Shown piece after piece: positions 20,360 to 30,535 of a stretch of 64,000 nucleotides of DNA (position 1 is the first letter of the stretch; each line of letters opens with the position of its first letter). Location: the NCBI GenBank assembly GCA_965218095.1, contig OZ244587.1:1504001-1568000 (forward strand), in the 5' to 3' direction. The position numbers and the translations under genes were made by a program. A model generated the notes under the pieces. The model had not been told where the DNA came from and did not search any database. It saw only the letters and a list, made by a program, of their open reading frames with translations. This DNA comes from Candidatus Poribacteria bacterium. GTDB lineage: Bacteria > Poribacteria > WGA-4E > PCPOR2b.

Positions 20360-22537
20360 TTAAGCGGTGCTCCTGAAGAAGTATTCCAACTGCTCAAGCG
20401 GGGTGTCCAACTGCATTGGCATCAACTCGTTAATAAGCGATCGAAGTTGATTTTCACGCCCTGGGACGCTCTGAAGTTGCAGATTTTGCGTGTTCAAGTA
20501 TTTCTTCAGTTGCTCTACGAGGAAGGTCTGCAACCCTTTCCCAGATTCGTGCAATTGTGCCGGCAGCAATGCGGGAACATTAATTCCGCTGATAAAGATC
20601 TCAATCAGCTCCAATTGGTAGTCAATCTGTTCGGCGATTTGCTCGTATTTCTCAATTGCAGACTCACGCACCTGATCATTGAACCCTGCGACATCACGAT
20701 GGACAAACTCCGTATAAGTAGTATTCCAATTATTTTCATTGAATTGCTCGTTAGCGGTGCAAAACTCTTCCAACTTTTTCGTAATCTTCGTTAGCCGATT
20801 CGATAAAGCCATGTTGATGTCGTCATGAAGGGTAGTGATCAGCGGGGCAAGTGTTCTAAGGAATTCAAGCTCAAATTCCTTATAATTCTCATCCGATTCC
20901 CGCTGCATCAGTTCAATCAGTTGATTAGAAATATCGCGCAAGTCGGGAAACTCCTTCAAATGAAGTTGAACTAAGATGTAAGCAGATTTTGCCAGACCAA
21001 AAGCAACATCAAGCGCGGAGTCGTTGGCTTGTTCTTGAATATGCTGAATGGCTTTTTGGACCTCCAGCAACCGCTCGTAAAAGCTCATTTGTCCCTCTGT
21101 TTTGTCAAGGGTGTAGGTGCGGGAGTTAGGCACTTCAAACGCTTTCTTCGTGAGGATCTCACGTCTGTCATTGATTTCACGATGGCGTTGCTTATCTTCC
21201 GCATCTTCAAGGGCTTGTGCAAGCGATTGGACAGGCTCTTGAAGCGCATCAACCTGGACGCGGATGGGCGGATAGTGGGTGTAGCGGAAATCTGTCGTAA
21301 TGTCGCGAATCCCCTCTAACAACTCGACAAGGATCTCTTCATACGCTTGATCTTCGAGAGGCGAGTACTCCACTTCTTCTTGTTCCACATCTTCTTCTTC
21401 GTCTAATAACCTTTGCACAAATTGATAGAGATATTCAAGTTGGTGCTCTTGTAGCAAAGAGGTCTCTGTATAGAAGCAGAGTTTATCCTTCAAAATTGCA
21501 CAACCATCAGTGACTGCCCCCCGGTCCAGGCTCAACGCTGCGAGGCTGATATGCATCAAATCCTCCTCAATTTCTGAGAAGTGTTTCTCAAAGACAAAGG
21601 CTAGCATCTCATACATTTCGTCCGGAACGGGTTCGGGGCGGGTTTGATCGAGGGTTGGACGCTGACCGGGGTGTCCCCCACGCGCGGGTTGACGTGCTTT
21701 TGTGATAATTAAGGGGCGCTCTTCATCTTCTGGAAAGCTGGTAGATCGGCGCATAGAAGTTCGTTGGTTGTATAGGTTGAGTGCCTCCTGGTAGTGTTGG
21801 AGCAGCTCCTCATTGCCGAGTTCGATCAGTAAGGACTCAATAGTATTCTTCGGATCGATGACGATACCTTCCTGGGCGAGTAATCGATTCGACAGGGCGG
21901 CAAACCCATCGGCCCCCAAATTCCGGAAGGGGCGCAGCAAATATGCCCGTTGACCGTCAATACAGATTTTATGTTGCCCGAGTGGAAAAAACTGTTCGAC
22001 AGGCTTCCGATCACTATCGAACCAGATCTCCAGCGGATAGGTCTTGTTATAAACCTGGAAATTGATCGCTCTGGTTTTGAGTTGATTAAACAGCCCCTGA
22101 TTGACGTGAGCCAGATCATTTGCATCAACAAGGATGGCAGAAGAATTGTCGTCCGTATAAAAGTTTGCTTCAATGATCCGGTCTTCTGGAAGAAAATGAC
22201 GTCGTTCGATGATATGTGTTCCTGTGGCGTTTTCATTCGTAATTGCAAGCCGCGGGATGTCATACGCATCGTAGTAGTAATAAGATTTCCAACTCAAGGA
22301 GCGCCGTCTCATTTTCTCAAACAACTGATACGACAAACGCTCCTTGACTTGCCTTTCACGTCGTGTTGCCGTTTCCTCATAGATGGCAATTTCCTCAGTG
22401 GCCTCAGGCGCTTGCAGGCTGAGTTGCGGGAGCGTCGAAGTCTTTTTCTTTCCTGAAAGGTGCGTGAGTGTGTTCTCAATATATTTACTCCAATTTGTCA
22501 TACTCATCTCCTTAGAATTTTGGCGTACGATCGCCAC
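20360..22537 (-). CDS. Hypothetical 725-aa acidic protein, helical C-terminal half
   Basis: Long uninterrupted ORF, E/L/Q-rich; no motif recognised; start may be ATG near 22501-22507. Confidence 0.75.
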   Translation of the reverse strand: MAIVRQNSKEMSMTNWSKYIENTLTHLSGKKKTSTLPQLSLQAPEATEEIAIYEETATRRERQVKERLSYQLFEKMRRRSLSWKSYYYYDAYDIPRLAITNENATGTHIIERRHFLPEDRIIEANFYTDDNSSAILVDANDLAHVNQGLFNQLKTRAINFQVYNKTYPLEIWFDSDRKPVEQFFPLGQHKICIDGQRAYLLRPFRNLGADGFAALSNRLLAQEGIVIDPKNTIESLLIELGNEELLQHYQEALNLYNQRTSMRRSTSFPEDEERPLIITKARQPARGGHPGQRPTLDQTRPEPVPDEMYEMLAFVFEKHFSEIEEDLMHISLAALSLDRGAVTDGCAILKDKLCFYTETSLLQEHQLEYLYQFVQRLLDEEEDVEQEEVEYSPLEDQAYEEILVELLEGIRDITTDFRYTHYPPIRVQVDALQEPVQSLAQALEDAEDKQRHREINDRREILTKKAFEVPNSRTYTLDKTEGQMSFYERLLEVQKAIQHIQEQANDSALDVAFGLAKSAYILVQLHLKEFPDLRDISNQLIELMQRESDENYKEFELEFLRTLAPLITTLHDDINMALSNRLTKITKKLEEFCTANEQFNENNWNTTYTEFVHRDVAGFNDQVRESAIEKYEQIAEQIDYQLELIEIFISGINVPALLPAQLHESGKGLQTFLVEQLKKYLNTQNLQLQSVPGRENQLRSLINELMPMQLDTPLEQLEYFFRSTA

Positions 22538-22713
22538 TAGTCTAATCTGTAGTCTATATCCACCACTATGTGGAACGCTTTTGCTGAAATAGTTGTTTCA
22601 TTTTTGAGCAATCTAGTGTATAATTTCCAAAAGTCCGAATTCATAATTACTTGTGAACTTATTGAATCCTCAGTTCTTTATCAGACAACTAATTTATTAT
22701 AGCACAACTTCTC

Positions 22714-23694
22714 ATGGAAGAAAAGAAGAATCTCACTACAGTGGAAAATCCTCAGCAACTAATGAAGCATGAGGCTTCAGCGGATCGTCTACCCTCAGAA
22801 TCCCTGAAACAGGTGTTGTTAGGGTTAGATTTATTGGTGGAGGACTTTGAAAAATCTGATAGTTTTGTGAATCAAATCGAACATTTTATTTCAGCCCCGC
22901 TGGCGTTTGATGTGCTTCAGAGAAAGGTCATACATCTCATCGAAAGCCTTAAAACCGTCACGGAGCGGTCAGTTGAAAATTACCAATATCTCGCCGACGT
23001 CCTCGAAGATATCTACCGACAGACAATTGAACTGGAAAATGCAATCGGTGAAACCCACGAAAGCCTTAACGCTCGCTTCACGTTCTGGCTGCACACATTT
23101 CAATCTGGAAATCGGAGTGAGGGAAAGACCTCACGCGAAATCCCAAACTTTTCGGAATTTCTCGATTTGCTCGCTGCAAGGCATGGTCGCTACGCTTACT
23201 TTTTAGCGCCATTCGAATCAAAACCGCTTCTCATTTGCCGGTATATCCCACTTGATTCCAGTGCAGCAAACTTTGCGGCCGATGCCCTGCAATTTTCCAC
23301 CTACGTTGCACCGCCGACCGGATCGTTTCGCGTCTTAAAAAGAGCATGGGATAAACTGTTCAAATCTCCCAATAAAAGTGTGTTACACCTTTTTCACCAT
23401 TCTCGCTCCAGGTCGTTACTTGGAACATTCAAGCGACGTTCATCGGTCTTGATGACCCCCTATCGCCCCTATCAACATAGCGAACTGGATCAACTTCCCA
23501 AAATCGTCTATGATTTCATCAATATCTACGGCATTTCCGGATGCTGTCACGTCCACCTGTTAAAGCGCGATGATCAATGTGCTGTGTTCGCAACACAGCG
23601 ACACGTCCAGTTTGACGGGCGTTCAGTTCAGTTGTCCGACGCGGATTGCCCCGGCGAATCACCGAAAGACCGTCATCGGCTAATCATTGAATAG
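22714..23694 (+). CDS. Hypothetical 326-aa protein with N-terminal coiled-coil-like region
   Basis: Long ORF divergent from 20360-22537; no motif recognised. Confidence 0.7.
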   Translation: MEEKKNLTTVENPQQLMKHEASADRLPSESLKQVLLGLDLLVEDFEKSDSFVNQIEHFISAPLAFDVLQRKVIHLIESLKTVTERSVENYQYLADVLEDIYRQTIELENAIGETHESLNARFTFWLHTFQSGNRSEGKTSREIPNFSEFLDLLAARHGRYAYFLAPFESKPLLICRYIPLDSSAANFAADALQFSTYVAPPTGSFRVLKRAWDKLFKSPNKSVLHLFHHSRSRSLLGTFKRRSSVLMTPYRPYQHSELDQLPKIVYDFINIYGISGCCHVHLLKRDDQCAVFATQRHVQFDGRSVQLSDADCPGESPKDRHRLIIE

Positions 23695-23751
23695 AGGCGT
23701 GAAACGTGAGGCGTGAAACGTGAGGCGTGAAACGTGAGGCGTGAAACGTGA
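23694..23751 (+). repeat. Tandem heptamer repeat (GGCGTGA/AACGTGA)n
   Basis: 14-bp unit GAGGCGTGAAACGT repeated about 4 times; degenerate copies dispersed elsewhere. Confidence 0.85.
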
Positions 23752-23853
23752 AGGGTTTCGTTAATTTGCTACTTTCTACTATACACTAAACTCAAAAATC
23801 TGTCAACACAAAACATTCAATTCAATCTAAAGAAAACTGAAATCATTTAAGTG

Positions 23854-23882
23854 TTGACAAGCCCAATCAGATTTGGTATGCT
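23854..23882 (+). promoter_or_regulatory. Sigma70-like promoter for the Mo-hydroxylase operon
   Basis: TTGACA-17 bp-TATGCT. Confidence 0.65.
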
Positions 23883-23954
23883 TTAACATTCAAGGAGATG
23901 TCAAATATCCTGCGGGGCACGGGAATGCCCCGTCCTTTCAGGGAGGTTTTAACA

Positions 23955-24821
23955 TTGAGAAATTTTGAGTTTTTTGAACCCACAACAATTGAAGAAGCGT
24001 CATCCCTGCTTACCCAATACAATGGTAAAGCTCAACTTTTAGCCGGCGGAACAGATCTTATTATCGCAATGAAAGATCGGGCGATGACGCCTGAATACGT
24101 TATCAGTTTGGAAAAAATTCCTGAATTAGATGGCGTCACATATGATGAGGGCAACGGTCTGCGAATCGGCGCCATGACAAAGATGCGGACATTGGAACTA
24201 GATCCAATCATCCGTGACCGGTACGCAGCCATTGCGGAAGGGGCGGAAGAGGTTGGTGGCATCCACATTCGCAACCTTGCAACGATAGGTGGTAACATCA
24301 GTCATGGGTCGCCTGCTGCAGATACTGCTGCGCCGTTGTTGGTATTCGGAACACAGGTCAACATTGCTAGCACAGATGGTGAGCGCACGGTGCCAATCGA
24401 AGAATTCTTCCTGGGACCGGGAGAAACTGTGCTAAAGACAGGGGAGATTGTTACGGCGTTTGAATGTCCGCCGCCTCAAGCAAATGAAGGTTCGCAGTAT
24501 ATCAAACAAAAAATCAGAGAAGTGATGGATCTCGCCTTCGTTGGCGTGGCAACATCTGTAAAACTGAATAATGGCGCCGTAGAAGATACGAAGATTGGGC
24601 TTGCAGCCGTGGCGCCCACTCCCATTCGAGCGACCGATGCCGAGGCGATCATTAATGGGCACTTCCTAACAGCGGATCTGTTGGAACAAGTGGCAGTTGC
24701 CGCCTCGGCTCAATCACGTCCAATTTCAGATCTGCGGTGTTCAGCCAAATATCGTCGAGAGATGGTCGGCGTCTTAACCCGGCGGACTATTCAGACCGCG
24801 ACTAACCGCGCACAAGGCTAG
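23955..24821 (+). CDS. Xanthine dehydrogenase/CoxM-family FAD-binding subunit
   Basis: LLAGGTDL, IRNLATIGGN, SPAAD, PISDLRCSAKYR; TTG start after GGGAGG. Confidence 0.92.
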   Translation: MRNFEFFEPTTIEEASSLLTQYNGKAQLLAGGTDLIIAMKDRAMTPEYVISLEKIPELDGVTYDEGNGLRIGAMTKMRTLELDPIIRDRYAAIAEGAEEVGGIHIRNLATIGGNISHGSPAADTAAPLLVFGTQVNIASTDGERTVPIEEFFLGPGETVLKTGEIVTAFECPPPQANEGSQYIKQKIREVMDLAFVGVATSVKLNNGAVEDTKIGLAAVAPTPIRATDAEAIINGHFLTADLLEQVAVAASAQSRPISDLRCSAKYRREMVGVLTRRTIQTATNRAQG

Positions 24822-24881
24822 TTCAATCTTCCAAAGGTTCAAAACCTTTGAAAGGTTAGAGATTAAACGAGGAGAAATCAG

Positions 24882-25361
24882 ATGAAGAAGTATCCAGTCA
24901 GTTTGACAGTCAACGATGATCAGTATGACCTGCTGATCGAACCTAGAAAAACACTGTTGGCGACCCTTCGTGATACGATTGGTTTAACGGGTACAAAGGA
25001 AGGCTGTAGCACTGGTGACTGTGGGGCTTGCACAGTTATTGTGGACGGGAAATCCGTGACATCTTGTATGGTGCTTGGTGTGAGCGCCAATGGCAAAGAG
25101 ATCACAACAATCGAAGGACTTGCGAGCCGCGATCAATTGCACCCCATCCAGCAAGCATTCATGGATAAAGGTGGGTATCAGTGTGGCTTCTGCACGCCGG
25201 GGTTCATCGTCGCGTCCAAAGCATACCTTGATGAAAACCTGAATGCAACAGAAGCCGAATTGAGACATGCACTCGGTAACAATATTTGCCGATGCACGGG
25301 GTATACGAAGATTATCGAAGCGGTGATGAGTGCGGCTGAAGTTATGCGTAGTAACGCGTGA
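24882..25361 (+). CDS. CoxS/XdhC-family (2Fe-2S) subunit
   Basis: GTKEGCSTGDCGACTV, QCGFCTPG, NICRCTGY. Confidence 0.95.
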   Translation: MKKYPVSLTVNDDQYDLLIEPRKTLLATLRDTIGLTGTKEGCSTGDCGACTVIVDGKSVTSCMVLGVSANGKEITTIEGLASRDQLHPIQQAFMDKGGYQCGFCTPGFIVASKAYLDENLNATEAELRHALGNNICRCTGYTKIIEAVMSAAEVMRSNA

Positions 25362-25601
25362 TGCGTATTACATTACATATTGCGTATTGTGGTGACCCTA
25401 CATTTTATACTGTGCAACGGCATAAACTATGTTTTTCTGTTGTCATTCTCAGCGAAGCGAAGGATTTTGTTATTCAGAGATCCTTTGTCAGGAAGCTACC
25501 CTGAGCGAGGCCGATAACCGAAAAGTGCAATTTAATGCGGTGTTGAGTATACTCATCACGCTTCACGTTTCATTCCAGAATTCGAAAAAGGAGTATTTTT
25601 C

Positions 25602-27899
25602 ATGTCAGAATATTCAGTGATTGGCAAAAGTCTACCTAGAGTTGATGCACTTGAAAAAGTGACGGGTGCGGCGCAGTACGGGGCAGATGTTCTACTGCCC
25701 GGTATGCTTTATGGGAAGTTTGTTCGCAGCAAACACCCCCATGCGAAGATTCTTCATATCAATACAAGTGAAGCGGAAAAGCTGCCTGGTGTGCGTGCTA
25801 TTATTACGCAGGAGGATGTCGAGAGTGGGCGACGGGTCTTTGCTACTGACAAAGTCCTGTACCTCGGTGAACCCATTGCGGCAGTTGCGGCAACCGATCC
25901 GGACATCGCAGAGGAAGCCATCGATCTCATCAAAGTCGAATATGAAGTGCTACCCGTCGTTCAGGACGTGATGGAAGCCATTAAGCCTTCGGCGCCGCAC
26001 TTGCACAGCGGTGATACAAAAGATGGTCCGACCCGCCGAGCGATTAAAGCGAAATTGAAAAAGTTCGAAGATGACAGTTCGCAAGATCACAGCACGGAGA
26101 TTGACGAGTTAAATGCGCAGTTGAAAGACCTTGAAGATGAGCTCTATTACAACATCTCCGCTGAAACACACTCTGCGGCTGGCGATATCGAACAAGGCTT
26201 CGCGGAATCAGATCTTGTTGTCGAAGACACATACATCATTCCCCGGGTCCATCAGACCTACATGGAGCCGCATGTCTCCGTTGCTGATGTCGAGTCCACC
26301 GGAAAAGTTACGGTGTGGGCAAGCACACAGGGCCCCTTTGCCATCCGATCCGGCATCGCTGGAACGCTTGGTATTCCGCTTAACCAGATTAACGTCATCC
26401 CGACAACAATGGGCGGTGGATTTGGTGGACGGTTCGGCGTTGTGCTCACGCATGTGCCTGCTGTCCTCCTTTCCCAGAAGACAGGACGTCCGGTGAAGAT
26501 TCAGATGACCCGCGAAGAGGAGTTTACCGATGGCCGTCCGGCGCCGGGATGTGTCATCAAGCTGAAGACCGGTGTGAAGAACGATGGCACAATCCTCGCT
26601 CGTGAAGGCCTTGCTTTCTGGGATTCCGGCTCCATATCTGGCGCCTCGATCGGTAGCACTATTCGCCTGCGTGGCGTCTATAAATTCCCGCACCTGAGGG
26701 TTGACGCGTACGGCGTTTACACCAACAAGTCTGGGACAGCCGCCTATCGCGCGCCGGGGACGCCGCAAGTCGCTTTCGCCGGCGAATCTCAGCTTGACGA
26801 GATCGCACGCAGACTCAACCTGGATCCAGTCGAATTCCGCCTCAAGAATATGCGGGTCGAAGGCGATCCGGTGCCTGCAGGCGCGAAAGAGCCGAAAGTC
26901 GGCTATAAGGAAACCCTGCAAGCTGTCGCTGATGCAGTTGACTGGAAGAATCGGACGAAAGGACCGAACCAAGGTTGGGGCGTAGCAATTGGCGATTGGA
27001 CAAATGGCTGTGGCCCCGGTGGGATGTACGTCTCTATCCACGAGGATGGCAGCGCCCGAATCTTCCACGGCTCGATAGACATCACCGGCACGGATACGGC
27101 ACTTGCCCAGATCGTTGCTGAAGTCTTGACCCTTCCTTATGATGAGGTCACCATCACTCGCGGCGACACCGATTCTGCGCCCTATGCAACCGGTTCTGGC
27201 GGCAGTGTCGTGACCTTTACGATGGGCAATACCGCCAAGCTCGCGGCTGAAGACACGCGACAACGTCTCCTTGAGCTCGCCGCTGAAAGGCTGAACATGT
27301 CGATTGATGACCTCGAACTCAAAGATGGAAAGGTTTCAACGGTTGTTGGAGATCCACCGAAATCTATTGGATTCGGTGAGTTGGCAGCCTACAGTCTTTC
27401 AACAACAGGGGGACCCATCATTGGCAAAGGTTCGTTTGCACGTAAGCCGAGCACGCCCGCTCTCGCTGCACAAATTGCAAAGGTCGAGGTCGATCCGGAC
27501 ACTGGTAGAATCAAGGTACTGAAGATGGCATCATCACAGGATGTCGGCTTTGCGATTAACCCAATGGCGGTTGAGGGGCAGATTGAAGGCGGAACAGTGC
27601 AGGGCTACGCCTGGGCGACCATGGAGGAGATGCAGTATAACGAGAACGGCAACGTGAATCCGGGCTTCGTCGATTACCGTGTGCCGACCACCGCAGACCT
27701 CCCCACGGTAGAGTCGGTTATTGTTGAGGTTGAATCACCCCATGGCCCCTTTGGCGCAAAGGGTGTCGGTGAACCGCCGATCACACCAACGCTGGCAACG
27801 ATGGCAAACGCCGTCGCCGATGCGGTTGACGTCCGGATTACAGAACTCCCGATGAAGCCGGAAAAGGTTGTCGAAACGTTGCATAGCAACGGGAAGTAA
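25602..27899 (+). CDS. Xanthine dehydrogenase family molybdopterin-binding large subunit
   Basis: KVTG, MEP, GGGFGG, AYRAPG, EGQIEGG, GAKGVGEP. Confidence 0.93.
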   Translation: MSEYSVIGKSLPRVDALEKVTGAAQYGADVLLPGMLYGKFVRSKHPHAKILHINTSEAEKLPGVRAIITQEDVESGRRVFATDKVLYLGEPIAAVAATDPDIAEEAIDLIKVEYEVLPVVQDVMEAIKPSAPHLHSGDTKDGPTRRAIKAKLKKFEDDSSQDHSTEIDELNAQLKDLEDELYYNISAETHSAAGDIEQGFAESDLVVEDTYIIPRVHQTYMEPHVSVADVESTGKVTVWASTQGPFAIRSGIAGTLGIPLNQINVIPTTMGGGFGGRFGVVLTHVPAVLLSQKTGRPVKIQMTREEEFTDGRPAPGCVIKLKTGVKNDGTILAREGLAFWDSGSISGASIGSTIRLRGVYKFPHLRVDAYGVYTNKSGTAAYRAPGTPQVAFAGESQLDEIARRLNLDPVEFRLKNMRVEGDPVPAGAKEPKVGYKETLQAVADAVDWKNRTKGPNQGWGVAIGDWTNGCGPGGMYVSIHEDGSARIFHGSIDITGTDTALAQIVAEVLTLPYDEVTITRGDTDSAPYATGSGGSVVTFTMGNTAKLAAEDTRQRLLELAAERLNMSIDDLELKDGKVSTVVGDPPKSIGFGELAAYSLSTTGGPIIGKGSFARKPSTPALAAQIAKVEVDPDTGRIKVLKMASSQDVGFAINPMAVEGQIEGGTVQGYAWATMEEMQYNENGNVNPGFVDYRVPTTADLPTVESVIVEVESPHGPFGAKGVGEPPITPTLATMANAVADAVDVRITELPMKPEKVVETLHSNGK

Positions 27900-27910
27900 C
27901 TCACGCTTTT

Positions 27911-27941
27911 CCCATCTCCTCCTCTATCGGGAGGGGATGGG
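27911..27941. terminator. Hairpin after Mo-hydroxylase operon
   Basis: CCCATCTCCTCC ... GGAGGGGATGGG inverted repeat; weak U tail. Confidence 0.45.
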
Positions 27942-28025
27942 ATTAGTGTATGCTCTCAATGAGAGCACACATTAAAGATCTATAAAAACAGATACGATTA
28001 GAAAAATCACATCGAGAAAAGGCAT

Positions 28026-28172
28026 GTGGAATTTGATCAGTTCATGAAAGAACTCGCCGTTGACTTTCTAGCGGAGATTGTTTCTCTTTTCTTGCCGGAC
28101 TTGGCACGGTGATTAGATTTCTCCCAGACAAAAGATCTTAACAAGATGCTTTACACTGCCTCTCCCAAAAGA
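28026..28172 (+). pseudogene. Remnant of Rpn/DUF4351-like (PD-(D/E)XK transposase-like) N-terminus
   Basis: FDQFMKEL...LFLPDLAR*LDFS...NKMLYT with an internal TGA. Confidence 0.4.
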
Positions 28173-28193
28173 GTGGCAGATAGAGAAACATCT

Positions 28194-28931
28194 ATGTTTG
28201 GCGAAATTAAAAACGCGCTTGGCGAACTGCTAGACTACAGCTTCCATACGGGTAAAGAAGAATCCAAAAACATTGTCGTCCTTGGTCACGGCGTGACCGG
28301 CAACAAAGACCGGCCTTTCATCGCGGCGTTGGCGGAAGGCTTGGCGGCGGCAGGCATTCCAGCCTTACGCATCTCCTTCTCCGGCAATGGCGACTCGGAG
28401 GGCAAATTTACCGATTCAACCATTTCCAAAGAGGTTGAGGATCTGGGAGCTGTACTCGACGCCGTGAACGGTTACACCGTCTGTTACGTCGGTCACAGCA
28501 TGGGTGGAGCTGTGGGTGTGCTTCGGGCAGGGGTAGACGATCGCATTAAGTTACTCGTTTCTTTGGCAGGCATGGTCCACACCAAGACTTTCGCGCAAAC
28601 TGAATTCGGCGATGTCACCCCCGGAGAAGGCTTCATGTGGGACGAACCCAATTGCCCGCTCTCGCAAGCCTACATGGATGATTTGACGCAGATTGACACG
28701 GTTGTTGAGCTCGCACCGCAGATCGCCGTGCCGTGGCTTTTCGTTCATGGCGCCGATGATGACGTTGTGCCGATTCAAGATTCCTACGACATCTTCGACG
28801 AGGCAAACGAGCCCAAACAATTCATTGAAATTAAAGGCGCAAACCACGTATTCAGTGATGAATTTACTCCCCTTATAGTCGAGAAGGTGGCCAACTGGAT
28901 AACAACTCAGTGGTTTCATAAGTCCGTATAG
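28194..28931 (+). CDS. Alpha/beta hydrolase
   Basis: GHG, FSGNGDSEG, GHSMGG nucleophile elbow, HGADDDVV, GANH. Confidence 0.9.
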   Translation: MFGEIKNALGELLDYSFHTGKEESKNIVVLGHGVTGNKDRPFIAALAEGLAAAGIPALRISFSGNGDSEGKFTDSTISKEVEDLGAVLDAVNGYTVCYVGHSMGGAVGVLRAGVDDRIKLLVSLAGMVHTKTFAQTEFGDVTPGEGFMWDEPNCPLSQAYMDDLTQIDTVVELAPQIAVPWLFVHGADDDVVPIQDSYDIFDEANEPKQFIEIKGANHVFSDEFTPLIVEKVANWITTQWFHKSV

Positions 28932-29049
28932 GGTTGACCTGACAGGTTTTTGAAACCTGTCAGGTCTGGGGGCAAACCCTATATGAATTTAAGAAATAGA
29001 CCACGCAGTTTGCCCAATTCGATCAGAAGACGAAAGCGTAGATCCGGGA

Positions 29050-29703
29050 ATGTGTCCACTTTGCTTCTCTGAACATCTTCATCAACTTGCCGCCGTTGAC
29101 ACCAAGACCTACTGGCGTTGCGACGTATGCTGCCTAACGTTTCTTTCGCCAGAACATCACCTTTCTCCAGAAGCTGAACTCGCCCAGTATCAGTTGCACG
29201 AAAACAACCCTGAAGATGCCCACTACCGCAAATTTCTCAGCCGACTGACCGACTATCTTGTACCCAAGCTCTTTCCGGGCGCAGAAGGTCTCGATTACGG
29301 CGCTGGTCCCGGACCGACACTCTCAGTGATGCTCGAAGAACAGGGGTTTCCCATGAGCATTTATGATCCCTTTTTTGCCCCGAACACAGACGTGCTTGAG
29401 CGGATGTATGATTTTATCACATGCACGGAAACCGTCGAGCACTTCTATCAGCCAGCCAAAGAATTTCAACGGCTGGATCACCTGCTCCGGCGCGGTGGGT
29501 GGTTGGGCAGCATGACGGAGATACTGGAATCGGACGAGGGTTTTCCCGGGTGGTATCATCGCGAGCCCACGCATGTGTGCTTCTATAAGCGAGAAACGAT
29601 GGCGTGGATCGCCGAGCGATATGCCTGGGAGGTCGAGTATCCGCGGAAGAACGTTACACTGTTTCACAAGCCTGAACAACATCTCAAACAAGGAGGAGAA
29701 TAA
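29050..29703 (+). CDS. Class I SAM methyltransferase with N-terminal Zn ribbon
   Basis: CPLC...CDVC, LDYGAGPG, YDPFF, ETVEH, PTHVCFY. Confidence 0.9.
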   Translation: MCPLCFSEHLHQLAAVDTKTYWRCDVCCLTFLSPEHHLSPEAELAQYQLHENNPEDAHYRKFLSRLTDYLVPKLFPGAEGLDYGAGPGPTLSVMLEEQGFPMSIYDPFFAPNTDVLERMYDFITCTETVEHFYQPAKEFQRLDHLLRRGGWLGSMTEILESDEGFPGWYHREPTHVCFYKRETMAWIAERYAWEVEYPRKNVTLFHKPEQHLKQGGE

Positions 29704-29704
29704 T

Positions 29705-30472
29705 ATGGCACGAATTAAACAATCCGCAACAGGATGGAGTTTCATTCGAGAGGACTTTACCCCCGAAGAGTTTATCAGGGGCGCAGCCAAAATCGGCTTA
29801 TCGGCAGTCGAACTGATTGATCAAAAGTATTGGCCGCTTGCGCAGGAATTGGGACTCAAGATTGCGACCTTTGGTGGACACGACACGCTGACCGATGGAC
29901 TCAACAAGCGCGAAAACCACGACCGTATCGAAAATGAACTTCTCGCAAGCATTGAACTTGCCATCGCTAATGACATCCCCGGCGTGATCGTCTTCTCCGG
30001 CAATCGTTATGAAGGCGTGTCCGATGAAGAAGGAATTGACATCACGGCGGAAGGGTTGAACCGAGTGACGAAAGCCGCAGAGGAGAAAGGAATTAATCTC
30101 TGCCTGGAGTTGCTCAACAGCAAGGTCGATCACCCCGATTATCAGTGTGATCACACCGCATGGGGAGTGGAGGTGTGTAAGCGCGTGAATTCGCCGCGTG
30201 TGAAACTGCTCTACGACATCTACCACATGCAAATTATGGAAGGCGACATCATCCGAACAATCCAGGAGAATATTGAATATATCGCACACTTTCACACCGG
30301 GGGCAATCCCGGTCGCCACGAGCTAGATGTAACGCAGGAGATCCTTTATCCACCTGTAATGCGAGCCATCGTGGAAACGGGCTACGAACTCTATGTTGGA
30401 CACGAATTTATCCCGAAAGGTGATCCGATTGAAGGGCTGCGAGCAGCGTTTCATCTGTGCGATGTTAGGTGA
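29705..30472 (+). CDS. Hydroxypyruvate isomerase family (xylose isomerase-like TIM barrel)
   Basis: LELLNSKVDHPDYQCD, LLYDIYHMQIMEGD, HFHTGGNPGRHE; GGAGGAG RBS. Confidence 0.9.
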   Translation: MARIKQSATGWSFIREDFTPEEFIRGAAKIGLSAVELIDQKYWPLAQELGLKIATFGGHDTLTDGLNKRENHDRIENELLASIELAIANDIPGVIVFSGNRYEGVSDEEGIDITAEGLNRVTKAAEEKGINLCLELLNSKVDHPDYQCDHTAWGVEVCKRVNSPRVKLLYDIYHMQIMEGDIIRTIQENIEYIAHFHTGGNPGRHELDVTQEILYPPVMRAIVETGYELYVGHEFIPKGDPIEGLRAAFHLCDVR

Positions 30473-30535
30473 ATCAGCAGACCTGTGAATCTACGCATTA
30501 CGTTTCACGTTTTACGCATAGGAAATGTTTTCAAG

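Noticed and set aside
26208-27263. 351-aa minus-strand ORF
   Set aside because: Antisense to the Mo-binding subunit; no motifs
23898-27899. Aerobic CO dehydrogenase (coxMSL)
   Set aside because: Lacks the AYxCSFR motif and cox accessory genes
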